Origin: Chrysomallon squamiferum
Taxonomy: Eukaryota; Animalia; Mollusca
Assembly (NCBI GenBank): GCA_012295275.1
Contig: CM022666.1
Span: 4,588,001 to 4,652,000, forward strand
Reading direction: 5' to 3'
DNA length: 64,000 bases
This document shows positions 41,737-56,577 of this stretch, in pieces. Numbering within the stretch: position 1 is the first letter of the stretch; each line of letters opens with the position of its first letter. The notes beneath the pieces are model-generated. The model was not told where the DNA came from. It searched no databases and saw only the letters and a list, made by a program, of their open reading frames with translations. The position numbers were made by a program, and so were the translations under genes.

Positions 41737-43673
41737 ATGGTACCAATTCGTCCAGTCATTGCCATTCCTCTTATGGTACTAAGCTTCATACTCATCAGTT
41801 TTATTGTATCTGAAACATTAAACGAATTTCTGAACAGAGAAACCAACTTGTTGTTTGACAAGGAACTGTGTGTGAAAATCTCATGCAAACCAGGAGAAAA
41901 CTGTTGTGATGACAAATCTACGAAGAGAACCAGGAACAGTACCACGTATTGCTGTTACAGAGATGGAGAAAAAGTGATCAGTGAAATTATGAAAAAGGTA
42001 AATTCCATATTTAATCCTAAAAACTTATATTCCATAAATACATTAAATGAAAAAAAAAAATTGTTTTCTGGAGATATGAAATTATGAAAAAGGTAAATTC
42101 TCTATAAAAATAATAAAAAGTTAAATTCACTGTAAATGAAATAATAATATTTGAATTATGAAAGGGAGAAATTAATAGTGATGAAAAATATTTATAAATT
42201 TAAAACTGATTATTGTGGACTAGTTTCAAATTGGTTATTAACATTCTTTTTAGAAACTGACTGAAAGTCATACAAAAGCTGAGAAAAGTGGTAAGTTAAT
42301 ATAGACACACATATATCCACACACAGACATACGTAAAAACACAAAGTCGCAGAAACACAGGCACACACAAAAAAAGTCATAAATACATACATACACAAAC
42401 ACAGACAGACAAACATACAGAAAAAGACCCACACACAAACAGAAACACTCAGGCTCACATATTTAAATATCCACAAAAGTTTTTATAATTATGTATTTGT
42501 ATGTACGTGCATATTTGTGTACAGTCTATGTACGTAAACATATACAAGTGTATATTTATATGTGTGTGTGTTTCAGAATCAAAACTAAAGCAGATCAGAG
42601 ATGTCGCTTATCTTTTGAATTCAGATAATAAAAACATTGTGTACGAATCTATGTATGTATGAATCTATATATTTATACATGTATCAGTAGTCTACATGTT
42701 TATGTATGTATATATATATATATATTTCAGAACAGAAACTTAAACAGATCAGAGAGGTCGCATACAATCTGAATAATGAAAACAATGTGAAAACATGGGC
42801 TCATCTACAAATGGAAGTTAATGCAACATATGACAAAAGTAAGAATACAAATAGTAGTAGCAGTGGTAGCAGCAGTAGTAGTAATAGTAGTAGCAGTAGT
42901 AGAGTACTAGTAATAGTAGTATTAGAGTAGTAGTAATAGTAACAGAGTAGTAGTAGTAGTAGCAGAGTAATTATACTCTGTAAAAAGAGGTGATTTGGTA
43001 ATAAATGTGGTAGTAAAATAGAAGTAATAGTAGTAGTTGGTCTGGTAAAAGTAGTTGTAGTAGTAATCACATAGTTATTAGTAGTGGTTAGGAAATAATA
43101 GAAGAAATTGTGATAACATTAGTATTAGCGCGTTAGTAGTACAAATATCAATGATGGTACTAAAGTAATCAATAGCAGGTGTTTGTAGTAGTTATAGAAA
43201 TATATTAGTAATATTAACTACAACTGTTGACAATTTAAAATAAAAATATTATTTAAAAATAATTTCTTCTTACAAACTTTTCAGACACACTGAAGCCTCT
43301 CATCAAATGGACATCGTCTGGTAAAAGATCATTTGTGAAAGGAGCTGCTGCTGTTGTCGCTGACGGGATTCAAGTCAAACACTCTGCTTACTACTTCATA
43401 TACAGCAACGTTGTATTCCATGCCAACCAAATGAGACAGCTAGAATACGCTAGGCTGTGTCACTCAATTGAAAAATATCCAAATTATGAAGTCCTCTACA
43501 GAAATCCTCAAACAACATGCAAAGTACGAAGATACCAGGAAGGTTTTGTTCCTTCCTACATTGGAGCTGTTTACTACCTGAAAGCCAATGACACTGTAGT
43601 GGTGAGAACATCACTTGTGAACAGAATTTTGAGAGATCCTGAGACAACCTACTTTGGCCTGTATATGCTGTAA
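41737..43673 (+). CDS. TNF superfamily ligand, TRAIL/TNFSF10-like (copy 3), 264 aa
   Basis: Exons 41737-41997, 42254-42290, 42731-42838, 43285-43673; canonical splice sites and open frame. Confidence 0.93.
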
Positions 43674-43836
43674 AAATTTTACGAGAGGCCAGAATTATAA
43701 CTGTTCATATATAATTTTCTGTACGCCCACTGTACCTATGGACTTGTATATATAAAACGATTCTTTTACTTTAACATTATCGTGAAACATTTATATTATA
43801 CATACTTGAATCTTTCTTTAAAGTCTTCAGTGGGGG

Positions 43837-43885
<49 letters not shown>

Positions 43886-45701
43886 TTAATAATTATTTGT
43901 GGTTGTTTGTGAACTGTAATGTTGGTATATCTAACCTTTTAAATTTATTCTTATATATCTTCCATTACTAATTAGTTATGCTATTGGAATATGGTTTAAA
44001 ATGATTACATAATTGCTGGCGATACATGAACTGAATAAGAGTAATTAAGAACGAAGCAGAGGAAGCCTCATTTAATCAGTACTGCTGTACTATTAGGCAT
44101 TATTACTGTACTAATAATCAGTACTACTGTACTATGAGACATTATTATTGTACTGCAGTGCACAGAGCCACGCAGTTTGCCCAGGACAGATTTGTTTCAC
44201 TGAATCCCGAGAGTCATGAATAATAACAAGTAATAGATAATTTTCTGTTACTTGCTTGCTATTACAAAATTACAGAATATTTTTGAAACACACTGGGCTT
44301 TCCACCCGAGCTATAAATAATTGTCAGGTCACTGGGTAAAGTTATCAACCGAATTACTATTAGACGGATTTAGAAAGTATGAATGAACTATTATTGATAT
44401 AAATAAATAGATCTGCTGTTGTGGTTGTTGTTGTTATTGTTGTTGAAAATGAATATGAACACCGATACATTTTTCAATTTTTATTATTATTATTTTTCAG
44501 GTCTGTTCATTAACAAAGCAGTAACTAGGTCACGAACGCCATTCACAAGACAGTGCACCCATTCATAAAACTGTTTTAAAAATGTGTGTATGTGTGTGTG
44601 CTTCTTAAGATCAAGGTTTCTGAGAAATAATAAATAACATTCTTCTAGAACTGAGCTTTCCATCCAGGCTATAAATTTTACTTCAAGAGTATATAAGAGT
44701 ATATGTGTGTGTGCGCGCGCACAGTATGATAGTAAATGATAGTAAAAACACTATACACTATTGCGCGTCCTAACGCTTGCTAATACGCATGCGCATTTAT
44801 TGAAAATTATGTCCAAGCCGTAAATAAAATGTATGAAAAACTGGTTTGTTTCACTAATGTTTATCCCCGATTCAACGAAAATGGTAGCCAACGAAAATGG
44901 TTCCGTTTTCAGGCTGTCTGAGCAAACCTATAAGGAGTAGTATTTCGGGCATTTTAAAGTTAGGGAAATAAGAAGAAAGTAACACGAAAACATTTTGTGA
45001 AGCAATATTTCTGTATTCATATTTCTGGCAATCTGCCTTACATATCATCATAGTCATGTCCACTCCAAGAACAAAAGCTGTCCCAAAACTAATCCTACAT
45101 CTGCAAGTATTTGTAAAGAGGCATGCGCGGAAAAGTGACAGGAAGTTATTAATTAACATAATTTATATATATAATCATGCATTTCATCAGACGTTGTTCT
45201 CTGCTTTTTAAATAAGAATGTTTTTTAATAATTTCAGTTTTTATTATCTCTGAAGTGTCAAGAACGTTGTATTTACGTTTATATGAGATGGAAATATCAC
45301 CAACGTAGAATGAAATTTACACACTGCTGTCAAAAATACGTGATTGGTTACATGATTCGCTTGGCTGGTCCTAGTGTAGTAAATATTATGCGATGGAGTG
45401 ATCGTTGACTTTAACGACATCACTAAATACATTTTTAATCAACCGTTATATAACCCCACATTTACTGTTAAAGACCACATCGATATATATCGTAAGATAA
45501 AATTCTACACCGCAAAACAATGCAGGCTACTCTGTTTTGAAAAAAGCTAGGAATAATTGATATGCATATATATATATATATATATGTTTATTTTTATATG
45601 AAATAAATAAACAGTACAAGAAAAATAACTTTTTAATAAATCAATGGAAAATAAAATATATTACAGTCATTTATCTGATTATCACACAGTTAATATTTTG
45701 T

Positions 45702-45901
45702 NNNNNNNNNNNNNNNNNNNNNNNNNNNNNNNNNNNNNNNNNNNNNNNNNNNNNNNNNNNNNNNNNNNNNNNNNNNNNNNNNNNNNNNNNNNNNNNNNNN
45801 NNNNNNNNNNNNNNNNNNNNNNNNNNNNNNNNNNNNNNNNNNNNNNNNNNNNNNNNNNNNNNNNNNNNNNNNNNNNNNNNNNNNNNNNNNNNNNNNNNNN
45901 N
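45702..45901. other. Assembly gap (200 N)
   Basis: Run of N. Confidence 1.
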
Positions 45902-46923
45902 ATTAGGACGCGCAATAGTGTATAGTGTTTTTACTATCATTTACTATCATACTGTGCGCGCGCACGCACACATATACTCTTATACATTTTTTTTTACTTT
46001 AATTTTAATCATTTTTTTATTATTATTTACTTCTTTTTTTTTTACCATTGTTTTTAATTAATTATATTTTTGCCTTTTTTTTTTCTTCTTTTTTTTCTTG
46101 ATGTTTTACAAACTTTATTTATTACTGATTATGAAGTAAAATTTATAGCCTGGATGGAAAGCTCAGTTCTAGAAGAATGTTACTTATTATTTCTCAGAAA
46201 CCTTAATCTTAAGAAACACACAAACATACACACACATTTTTAAAACAGTCTTATGAATGGGTGCACTGTCTTGCAAATGGCGATCATGACCTAGTTACTG
46301 CTTTGTTAATGTACAGACCTAAAAATTAATAATAATAAAAATGAAAATAGTATCGGTGTTCATATTTATTTTCAACAACAATAACAACAACAACCACAAC
46401 AATTGATGCATTTATTTATATCAATAATAATGCATTCAAACTTTCTAAATCCGTCTATTATTAATTCGGTTGACATCTTTACCTAGTGACCTGACAACTA
46501 TTAATAACTTGGGTGGAAAGCCCAGTGTGTTGCAAAAATAGCTTGTTATTTTGTAATTGCTAGCAAGTAACAGAAAAGTATCTATTACTTGTTAGTATTC
46601 ATGACTCTCGGGATCCACTGATACAAATCTGTCCTGGACAAACTGCGTGGCTCTGTGCACTGCAATACAATAATAATGTCTCATAGTACAATAATAATGT
46701 CTCATAGTACAGCAGTACTGATTGAATAAGGCTTCCTCTCCTTCGTTGTTAATTACTTTTATTCAGTTCATGTATCGCCAGCAATTATTTAATCATTTTA
46801 AATCATATTCCAATAGCATAACTAATTATTAATGGAACAAATATAAAAATAAATGTAAAAAGGTTAGATATACCAACATCACAAATCACAAAAGACCACA
46901 AATTATTATTATTATTATTATTA

Positions 46924-46967
<44 letters not shown>

Positions 46968-47130
46968 CACCCACTGAAGACTTTGAAGAAAGATCCAATT
47001 ATGTCTAATATAAATGTTTCACGATAATGTTAAAGTAAAAGGTTCGTTTTATATATTCAAGTCCATAGATACAGTGGGCGTACAGAAAATTATACATTAA
47101 CAGTTATAACTGAGGCCTCTCGTAACAATT

Positions 47131-48059
47131 TTAAAACATATACAGGCCAAAGTAGGTTGTCTCAGGATCTCCCAAAATGTTCTTCACAACTGATGTTCTC
47201 ACCACGACAGTGTCATTGGCTTTCAGGTAGTAGACAGCTCCAATGTAGGAAGGAACAAAACGTTCCTTGTCTCCTCGTAATTTGCATATTGGTTGAGGAT
47301 TTCTATAGAGGACTTCATAATTTGGTAATTTTTCAATAGAGTGACACAGCCTAGCGTATTCAAGCTCTCTGATTTGGTTGGCATGGAATACAACGTTGCT
47401 GTATATGAAGTAGTAAGCAGCTTCTTTGACTTGAATCCCGTCAGCGACAACAGCCGCAGCTCCTTTCACAAACGATCTTTTACCAGACGACGTCCATTTG
47501 ATGAGAGGCTTCGGTGTGTCTGAAAAGTTTGTAAGAAGAAATTATTTTTAAATAATATTTTTATTTTAAATTGTCAACAGTTGTAGTTAATATTACTAAT
47601 ATATTTCTATAACTACTACAAACTCCTGCTATTGACTACTTTAGTACCATCATTCATACTTTTACTACTAACGTGCTAATACTATTGTTATCACAATTTC
47701 TTCTATTATTTCCTAACCACTACTAATAACTATGTGAATACTACTACAACTACTTTTACCAGACCAACTACTACTATTACTTCTATTTTACTACTACCAC
47801 ATTTATTACCAAATCACCTCTTTTAACAGAGTACAATTACTCTGCTACTAATACTACTACTCTACTACTACTATTACTAGTAATCTACTACTACTACTAC
47901 TACTACTACTGCTGCTGCTACCACTGCAACTACTACTTGTTTTAATACTTTTGTCATATGTTGCATTCATTTCCATTTGTAGATGAGCCGATGTCTTCAC
48001 ATCGTTTTTATTATTCAGATTGTAAGCGACCTCTCTGATCTGTTTAAGTTTCTGTTCTG

Positions 48060-48118
<59 letters not shown>

Positions 48119-49072
48119 CAAATGTAGACTAGTGATACATGTATAAATATATGGTTTCGTACATACATACATAGATTCGTAGACATTGTTTTTCTTATCT
48201 AAATTCAAAACATGAGCGACATCTCTGATCTGCTGAAGTTTTGGTTCTGAAACACACACGCAGACATAAACACACATAAATATACACTTGTACATGTTTA
48301 CATACATAGACTGTACACAAATATGTCCATACATACAAATACATAATTATAGAAACAATTGTGGATATTTAAATATGCGTGCCTGAGTGTTTCTGTTTGG
48401 GTCTTTTTCTGTAAGTTTGTCTGTCTGTGTTTGTGTATGTATTTGTTTATGACTTTTCTTGTGTGAGTCTGTGTTTCTTCGACTTTGTGTTTTTATGTAT
48501 ATGTGTGTGTGTTAACTTACCACTTTTCTCAGCTTTTGTATGACTTTCACTCAGTTTCTAAAAAAAATTTTAATATCCAATTTGAAACTAGTCCACAATA
48601 ATCAATTTTAAATGTATAAATATTTTTCAGCACTATTAATTTCTGCTTTTCGTAATTCAAATATTATTATTTCATTATAATGTATTGTACTTTTGAATAT
48701 TTTTATAAAGAATTTACCTCTTTCTTAATTTCATATCTACAAACAACATTATTTTTCTTCAGTTAATACATTTATGGAATATAAGTTTTTAGAATTAAAT
48801 ACAGAATTTACCTTTTTCATAATTTCACTGATCACTTTTTCTCCATCTCTGTAACAGCAATATGTGGTACTGTTCCTGGTTCTGGTCGTAGATTTGTCAT
48901 CACAACAGTTTTCTCCTCGTTTGCACGAGATTTTCACACACAGTTCCTTGTCAAACAACAAGCTGGTTTCTCTGTTCAGAAATTCGTTTAATGTTACAGA
49001 TGGAATGGAAATGATGAGTATGAAGTTTAGTACCATAAGACAAATGGCAATGACTGGACGAATTGGTACCAT
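47131..49072 (-). CDS. TNF superfamily ligand, TRAIL/TNFSF10-like (copy 4), 264 aa
   Basis: Minus-strand exons 49072-48812, 48557-48521, 48056-47949, 47519-47131; canonical GT-AG; open frame ending TYFGLYMF*. Confidence 0.92.
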
Positions 49073-50446
49073 TTTGTGTAACAACTTTTATTTCCTTCAG
49101 AAGTAGTCTGTAAAACATGACGAAAAGAAGAAAAAAATGCTATTAGTAATAAATAATACCAAGATAAATATACACACACACGCACACGTACACAGTCTCA
49201 ATATGCACACACCTATACTGATTCTGCCACACTCGGAGTTACTCCCCCTACTCTCGTTATCTACAGAATCGCCAAACAAAGCCTCTGTTAAAATTTCTCT
49301 GGTTTGCTCTGTCTTGTTTGACTGGGCAGCTGAAATGTTTGTTATGAATATTTACAATTCTGGTAGCTCAGCCCTCTTGGCTCTTTTGATAAACGTTACA
49401 CTAGGATTGTTCAATGTATCTTAATCCATAATAATTTCTCCGTTTTGACTTATTTATTTTAATATCGTTATTATTTTGTTGTGTTGTGTTTTCTCAAGTG
49501 GATATAAACATAAATTAGCTGTCATTAAACTCAATACATCTAAAGAAATAATTCCATAAGATTTTTAGAAAACGAGCCCCCAAATTAATTATTTGAAAAA
49601 TCCCGGACGAGAGCCCCAACTTTTATGTTCCTGTCACGAGGCTCACATTTTTAAACACGTTGTATGTTTTATTATGGCTCAGTCTAGGGTAACAATGTGT
49701 TTTAATGGTCTCCTAACAAAGAATATAAACGCTAAATTGACAGCAATCTATATAAATCAATAAGTCTCTCTACTCACTAGAGAAATAAACACAACACCAG
49801 TTAAGGTTCACGTTTATTATTTAATTATGATATACAGGTGACTTGATAATAATATATTAAACAATCATAAAACATACGTTTACGTAATTCTGATTAATGA
49901 TACGAGTACGGTCATACGGGGAAAGAAGACAAAATATTGGTTTCCCCGCCTGACTGATATTTCGTCTTGACTACTTACGTTTCTCTTTAATTACCTTTGA
50001 ACCTGGAATCTTGAATCAAATTAACGTACTAATCAGAGCAAGCACGTCTACGACAGGCAGGCTTTCTGACAGGTCAGCAGTACTTTAATTACCGAACGAA
50101 CGTACGAAAAATAATTAACGTGCTAATCAGAGCTAGCTATTGTGAAGCACGTCTATAATTACCAAAATGCAGCTCTTTTTATAACAACGCCATGGAGTTG
50201 AAAAATTAGCGGAAACAATAAAAGGAGCGGAGCTCTGATTGAAGTAACAAATTTGAATTCCGTGACTTTCTTAACCGCGATATTCAGTTTTTTCAAGTTG
50301 GTGTAATATCACATAATATTATACAAATGAAATAGTGAAATTGTAAATGAAATTATAATTCTATATATATATATATAACCTATGAAATAAGTGAAATTAT
50401 AATTTTGTATAAAAATATATAACCTATGAAATAAGTTGAACATTTT

Positions 50447-50600
50447 ACATACCTAAATAATGAAATCAATCACGTCTTCGGCGGGCACGCTTTTTGACAG
50501 GTCTCTGACTGAACTGACAGAAGTCGCTGGATTTTATACTTGCGATTTTGAAGAGATCGTATCGTATTGTCTACCTGCTCACGCATTCATTTTTGATTGG
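50447..50600 (-). promoter_or_regulatory. Putative core promoter and non-coding first exon of TNF copy 4
   Basis: On the - strand: CCAAT 50600-50596, TATAAAA 50538-50532, donor tttag|gtatgt at 50453/50452. kB-like site at 50931-50940. Confidence 0.65.
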
Positions 50601-51814
50601 CTAAGAGGAAGTGTCGTCTGCTTTGTTTGAATTTATTGGTTAATTGTTTTTCTTCTGTCGTATTTAATTATTTGCTGTATATTTCGTAGTCAACGTAATA
50701 AAATGAGCAAACCTATTAAATGTATTGTTTATGTGTATTGTTCAAAAATAAATTACATACAATAGTTGATATTGCTATATTAGTAATAGTTGTTGTTGTT
50801 GTGTATGTTATTATTATTACGACTGCTTTTGTCGTTATTGTTAAATAAAGAGTACAGCGTAACTTCTAGTCCTGTGTCAACTAAGCCATAAACAACAAAA
50901 GGAAAACATGTAGTCTGTGTATCACACAGTGGAAAGTTCCAGCCCGGATTTGTCATCTTACACGTAATCGGAATAAATAAGTGTAGTCATCCATCTATTA
51001 TTACAGGGCCAGGAGTATAAAATGTCTCAGAAATATCTGCCTGTGACGGAAGAATCTTCTGCTTGCAAACGGAAAAAGTCACAATTTTTTATATAACAAA
51101 ATGTGTGGATTTATAGAGTATTGAATGTGGCATCATAGTCTACATGGGGTAACTGTTAAGCTTACTGATTAGGTCAGTTAAGCTAGATTAAAGAAAGAGG
51201 TTTCATACTGTGCAGGGGTGGTGACTTGTTACCCTTATTAATTAGGCAGGATTAAAGAAAGAGGTTTCATACTGTGCAGGGGTGATGCTTGGGTCCAGCT
51301 TACTGATTAGGATAGATTTAAACTAAGAGCTTCCTATTGTAAACTATTTATAAAATGTCACATGTTAAAATGTGTTTGACTATATATTCTCCAGCTTGCT
51401 CTAGTATCAGAAGTATGTTTAATACGGAAGATATTTATATCAATATGGATGGTAATAAAATCTGTTACACTGCGACAGAATGTCTTCGTGATATTGGGTG
51501 GAACATCAGACTAATCCATCATCTTTATAATCAAAGAACACTAACACGTTGAAAAATAACGCGAGTCCCTTTGCTTCTTCATATACGATTTTTGTTTGTT
51601 TCCAGGGTAACGGTCGCTGTCCACTGAACGCACTGTGTAACTAGTTATGTAGATGTTTTCTCCTCTGTATTAACCCGTATGTGATTGTTGTGACAGATTA
51701 CATGTGTGTTTCTGTGTTTGTGTTTGTCTGTCTGTGTTTGTGTCTATGTGTAGAATAAATGTGTATGTGTGCGTGTATGTTTATATTTGTGTTTGTGTAT
51801 GTTTCTGTGTTAAC

Positions 51815-52260
51815 TTATCACTTTTCCCGGCTTTTGTGTGACTTTCACTCAGTTTCTAAAAAGAATTTTGATAACGACTTTGAAACTCGTCCATAATAAT
51901 CAAGTTTAAATTAATAAATATGTTTCATCACAATGAATTTCTCCTTTTCATAATACAAATTTTATATTATTAAACGTATATGGATCTTTCTTCTCAATTT
52001 CATTTATAATGAACTTAACTATTTAATATTTTTATATAGAATTTACCCATTTCTACATACAGCCATTTTGTTGCTGTTATTGTTACATTTAATGCATTTA
52101 TGAAACTGGTGCGTATCAAGTTTAGTACTATAAAAGAAATGACAATGACCGGACGAATTGACTTCATTTTCATATAGATGCAGTCTGTATGAAAGATAAT
52201 ACAAATTTATTAGTAATCAATAATACCAAGATAAAGACATACACATAAATAACATTCTTT
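51815..52260 (-). pseudogene. Truncated TNF pseudogene (5' part of coding exon 1 plus the 37-nt exon)
   Basis: Minus strand encodes MKSIRPVIVISFIVLNLIRTSFINALN, followed by a deletion. The micro-exon KLSESHTKAGKS at about 51856-51820 has a mutated donor (gataagt). Confidence 0.8.
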
Positions 52261-52736
52261 CAAAAAATATCAATAAAATATAAAGTAAAATAATAAATAA
52301 AACCACACACACAAAAAACAAAACAGTACAAACAAGTCACATAATATTCTACGCGCGCGAACGCACAGAGAAGAGAGGGGGCCAGTCAGCTGTGGTGTTT
52401 TTGGACGAGGACCAAGTTAATGTAATAATTGGAGTCCAAGTGTTCAGTTGGCTGACCAAGCGTTGCCGACGCCTGAACAGTAGTAGCGTGAATGAAGCAG
52501 ACAGAGAAATGAGATATCTAGGCACATAGGTAAATATTTCACAGACAGAAACTGTTGATATCACGTGTACCGTGCATTTGGAACAAACTACGTCGCTTAG
52601 AAGTGTTTATAAACACTGCTCGGGTAGGATTCCTTTTAAAGATAAACAGAAGATATTTTAAAATTGTTACCGTCATCGACGAATATAAAACTATTAAAAC
52701 TCAGTAATGATATATGTGTGTGTGGATTTGCACGTA

Positions 52737-52769
<33 letters not shown>

Positions 52770-54189
52770 GTATCTATGTATGTGATATGAACATGGTTTT
52801 ATAACAACAATATACAACCTATTGTGTATAAAGTATACAAATTATCCTTCATAAATTAAGTCATGTCACTGGTGTATCAGTGAAAAGTCAGTTGAAAAAT
52901 ATTCTCATTAATTTTACTTGATATTTAAAAAATAAAAGAAGAAAATGATAAATGCAGAACAAGACATTTGTACTACGTTTAAAGTAACTATCCAAGTAAT
53001 AAAAATTCTGAACATCTGACCAGAGGTATCGCTGTAGTCTTTATTTAACAACAATGACAACAGCAAACAATACTAATTATAATGATGATGATGATAATAA
53101 TGATAAATTTAATAGTAGTAGTAGCAGCAGCAGCACTAATATAAATAGAAAGAATAATAGAAAGAATAATACTAGTAATCATGATTATATAGTAATAATA
53201 TAGTAGTAGTAATAATGATGAAGATGATAGTGGTAATAAAGTTAATGATAATTATGACAGTCATCATAAAATTAATAATGATGATGATGATAATAGTGAA
53301 AATAAAATTAATAATCATAATATTTATGATTTTGGAATGCTTCTAAAAAGAAAAGTCTTATTGTGATAAAACAAAAAAATGCTTTAAATAGATTGTTTAT
53401 TATGCAAATTGTACATGAAAATTTAATGTAGCATATATAAATATTTGTCACTCTCATAATTTCATTGCACAAGTACATACTGTATAAAAAAACACTTAAC
53501 TTGAATTATTCATTATAAACCAATGAGCGAACATTTAACTTTCATCAGTCAATTTATATAGAAAACCAATATTATGTAAATATTTATTCACTGAATACAT
53601 CTCTAGAACACATTCAGTGTTTGTAGAACATCCACTGTACAGATTTACAGAACACAGACCATCAGTAGTACATACATTACATATTCAATGTACAAAGAAA
53701 AGCCACTATACATGGAGTATTCATTATCATTTGACATTAATTATATTTACAACATCCACAGATGTACATGTTTAGAATATCAACTGTACAAAAACATCTT
53801 TGTACATAGAACATCTACAGCAGAACATCTATTGTGTACAAAATATCTACCATACAAGAACATTCACTGTACACTGAACATCTATTGTACATGCGCATCC
53901 AATGTACAGTGTATACAGAACATCTATACAAGATCATCTTTTTACACAGGACAAAGACTGTAGAACAACCACTGTATACAGAACATTCACTGCAGAAGAA
54001 CACATTTTGTACATAGAATATCATCTGTACTAGAGCATCCACTATACAACGAATATCCAGTGTACAAGAATATCCAGTAAAAAAAAAAAAAATTCTGAAT
54101 AATAATGATGACAGTGAAAAATGTAGGATGATGACCATGACAACCTTTGTTCTTACTTATAATATTTTTAGGTTTTAAATTAATTTCTT

Positions 54190-54425
54190 TTCATGCATCT
54201 TTCATTGTCTGATCCTCGCTGGTTTAAAAAAGTATTCTTAGCCTGACAAAAACCAGATCTGTTAAAAGATGAAAAGAGAGAAAGTAAAAAAAAAAGAATT
54301 AATTTCATGGAGTAAGTTTAGTTCAAATAATATGAAAGAAATAATTATTTGTTTATCTGTTCTGCATGAGAAACAAGTCAACTGTTGATCATTTCAGCTT
54401 GGAGGTCTATGAATCTGTTCTGAAC
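54190..54425 (-). pseudogene. Inverted remnant of the membrane-protein gene (large-exon start and last exon)
   Basis: Reverse complement of 3792-3850 at about 54365-54420 and of 5781-5847 at about 54190-54258, with indels. Confidence 0.75.
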
Positions 54426-56277
54426 TTTAAAAATAAATACATATTAAAATACACTGTATATTCCAGATCACAGCATGTCAGTTTTATAATATCATATACT
54501 GAATACATGATATTTGCTTTACTGAATCTTTAATACTACATTCTTTGATTTGTAAATTACAGAATACATACTTTAATGTAACGATCTTTAAGGTTACCGT
54601 ACTGGAATAATACTGTATCAGTTGGTATATAAATTACATGGCATCTAATGCACTCTATTAATCTTTAATACTCTATCCCTGGATATGTAAAATTATATGG
54701 TATGTGCTGCAGTCTATTAATCTTTAATACTCTATCCCTGGATATATTAGTTTCATGGTATGTACTGCACTCTATTAATTTTTAATACTCTATCCCTGGA
54801 TATATAAGTTACATGGTATCTACAGCATTCTCTTAATCTTTAAAACTGTATCCCTGGATATATAAGTTACATGGTATGTACTGCACTGTATTAATCGTTA
54901 AGGTCTATGAATCAATTCTGAAATTTAAAAAAAATATATATTCAGATACACTGTATATTCTACATCACAGTATTTCAGTTTTATAATATCATACACTGAA
55001 TATATGGTATTTGTTATGCTGAATCTTTAATATTATATCCTCTGATTTATAAATTACATGATATGTACTGTAATAATTATGTGTATTATATCCTTGGATA
55101 TACACATTAATGTATTCATTTATACTCTACACCACAGGACCTCATTTGTTTATAAAATAATACACAGAATACATATTATTTGCAATACTGAATCTGTAAT
55201 ATTATATCTTTGAATATATAAATTACATGGTATGTACTGTATTTTATTATATATTATTTAATACTATATTACTGGATACATAAATTACATGGTATGTACT
55301 GCACTCTATTAATCTTTAATACTGGAAAACAAATACATGGTATGTACTGCAGTCTATTAATCTTTAATACTGGATACATAAATTACATGGTATGTACTGT
55401 ACTTAATTATATAATATTTAATACTGTCTCCCTGTAAATATAAACTACATGATATGAAATGTACTGGAATAATACTGTATTCTGCATGTTTAAAATATAT
55501 TATTCTGCAACTTTTGTCTTATTTCCAATTAAAATGTGTTTCACTGTATATTCTCCAGCTTGCTTTAGTATTAGAAGTATATATAATATGGAAGTTATTC
55601 ATAGCAATAAGGGTGGTATCAAAATCTGTTATGAAGGGTTCGTGTATGCTGCCGTAGAATTTCTTCGTGATATCGGGTGGAACATCAGACTAAACCATCA
55701 ACATTAAAATCAAAGAACATTAACAAAATGTGTTTAATGTATCGTTCACTGCTAATATATTTCTTAATTAAAAATTGTGACTTCTTTTCGGGAATAATTA
55801 TCATCTGCTGAGTGGTAGGTGTAACGGACTCTTGTTTATCAGAAAGATCTGGCGACAGACGTCAAGCTGCAAGGTCGGGAACACGTTGACAAATAACGTG
55901 AGTCCCTCTTTCATAAAAGTGCGGAGATTATTATTATTTTTTTTTTTTTGGTTAGGGTATCGGTCGCTGTCCACTGAATGCACTGTGTAACTAGTTATTT
56001 ATATGTTTGCTCTTCTGTATTAATCCTGACGTGATTGTTGTGATCGATTACCATCATTCTATTCATCTATATTATTCTTTACTGCTATATTGAATACAGT
56101 GTTAAAAGTGTATTGCGTTTGTTGTGTTCTAGTGTATATATACACATATATGCTTTATTATTAGATTATGCATGTGTTCATATTTTTGTTTAATAGATAT
56201 TACCAGTGAAGGAATTTTTGTTTTTATGTTTGCCAGGCTTTGAATACTCACAGATCATTTTAGCATATTATTCTTTA

Positions 56278-56352
56278 GTACGAAGATACCCAAAACATTT
56301 TGTTGCTTCATACATTGGAGCTGTTGACTGCCTGAAAGTCAGTGGCACTGTA
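56278..56352 (+). pseudogene. TNF homology domain fragment (VRRYPKHFVASYIGAVDCLKVSGTV)
   Basis: Same segment as the fragments at about 19050 and 32730; opposite strand to neighbouring TNF copy 4. Confidence 0.85.
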
Positions 56353-56521
56353 TGTAAACAAACACATACATTACATAAAGTTTACAAATATTCAAATTGT
56401 TCAATTGAATAAAAATGTTTATTATTATCTCAACTCTATTCTGTTGAAGTTGAGCAGCTTAGATTCACCACCTTACGCTTAAAACCATTATTATAACCGT
56501 TATTATAACCGTTATTAATTA

Positions 56522-56577
<56 letters not shown>

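Noticed and set aside
45644-45940. ORFs spanning the gap
   Set aside because: Artefacts of translating N.
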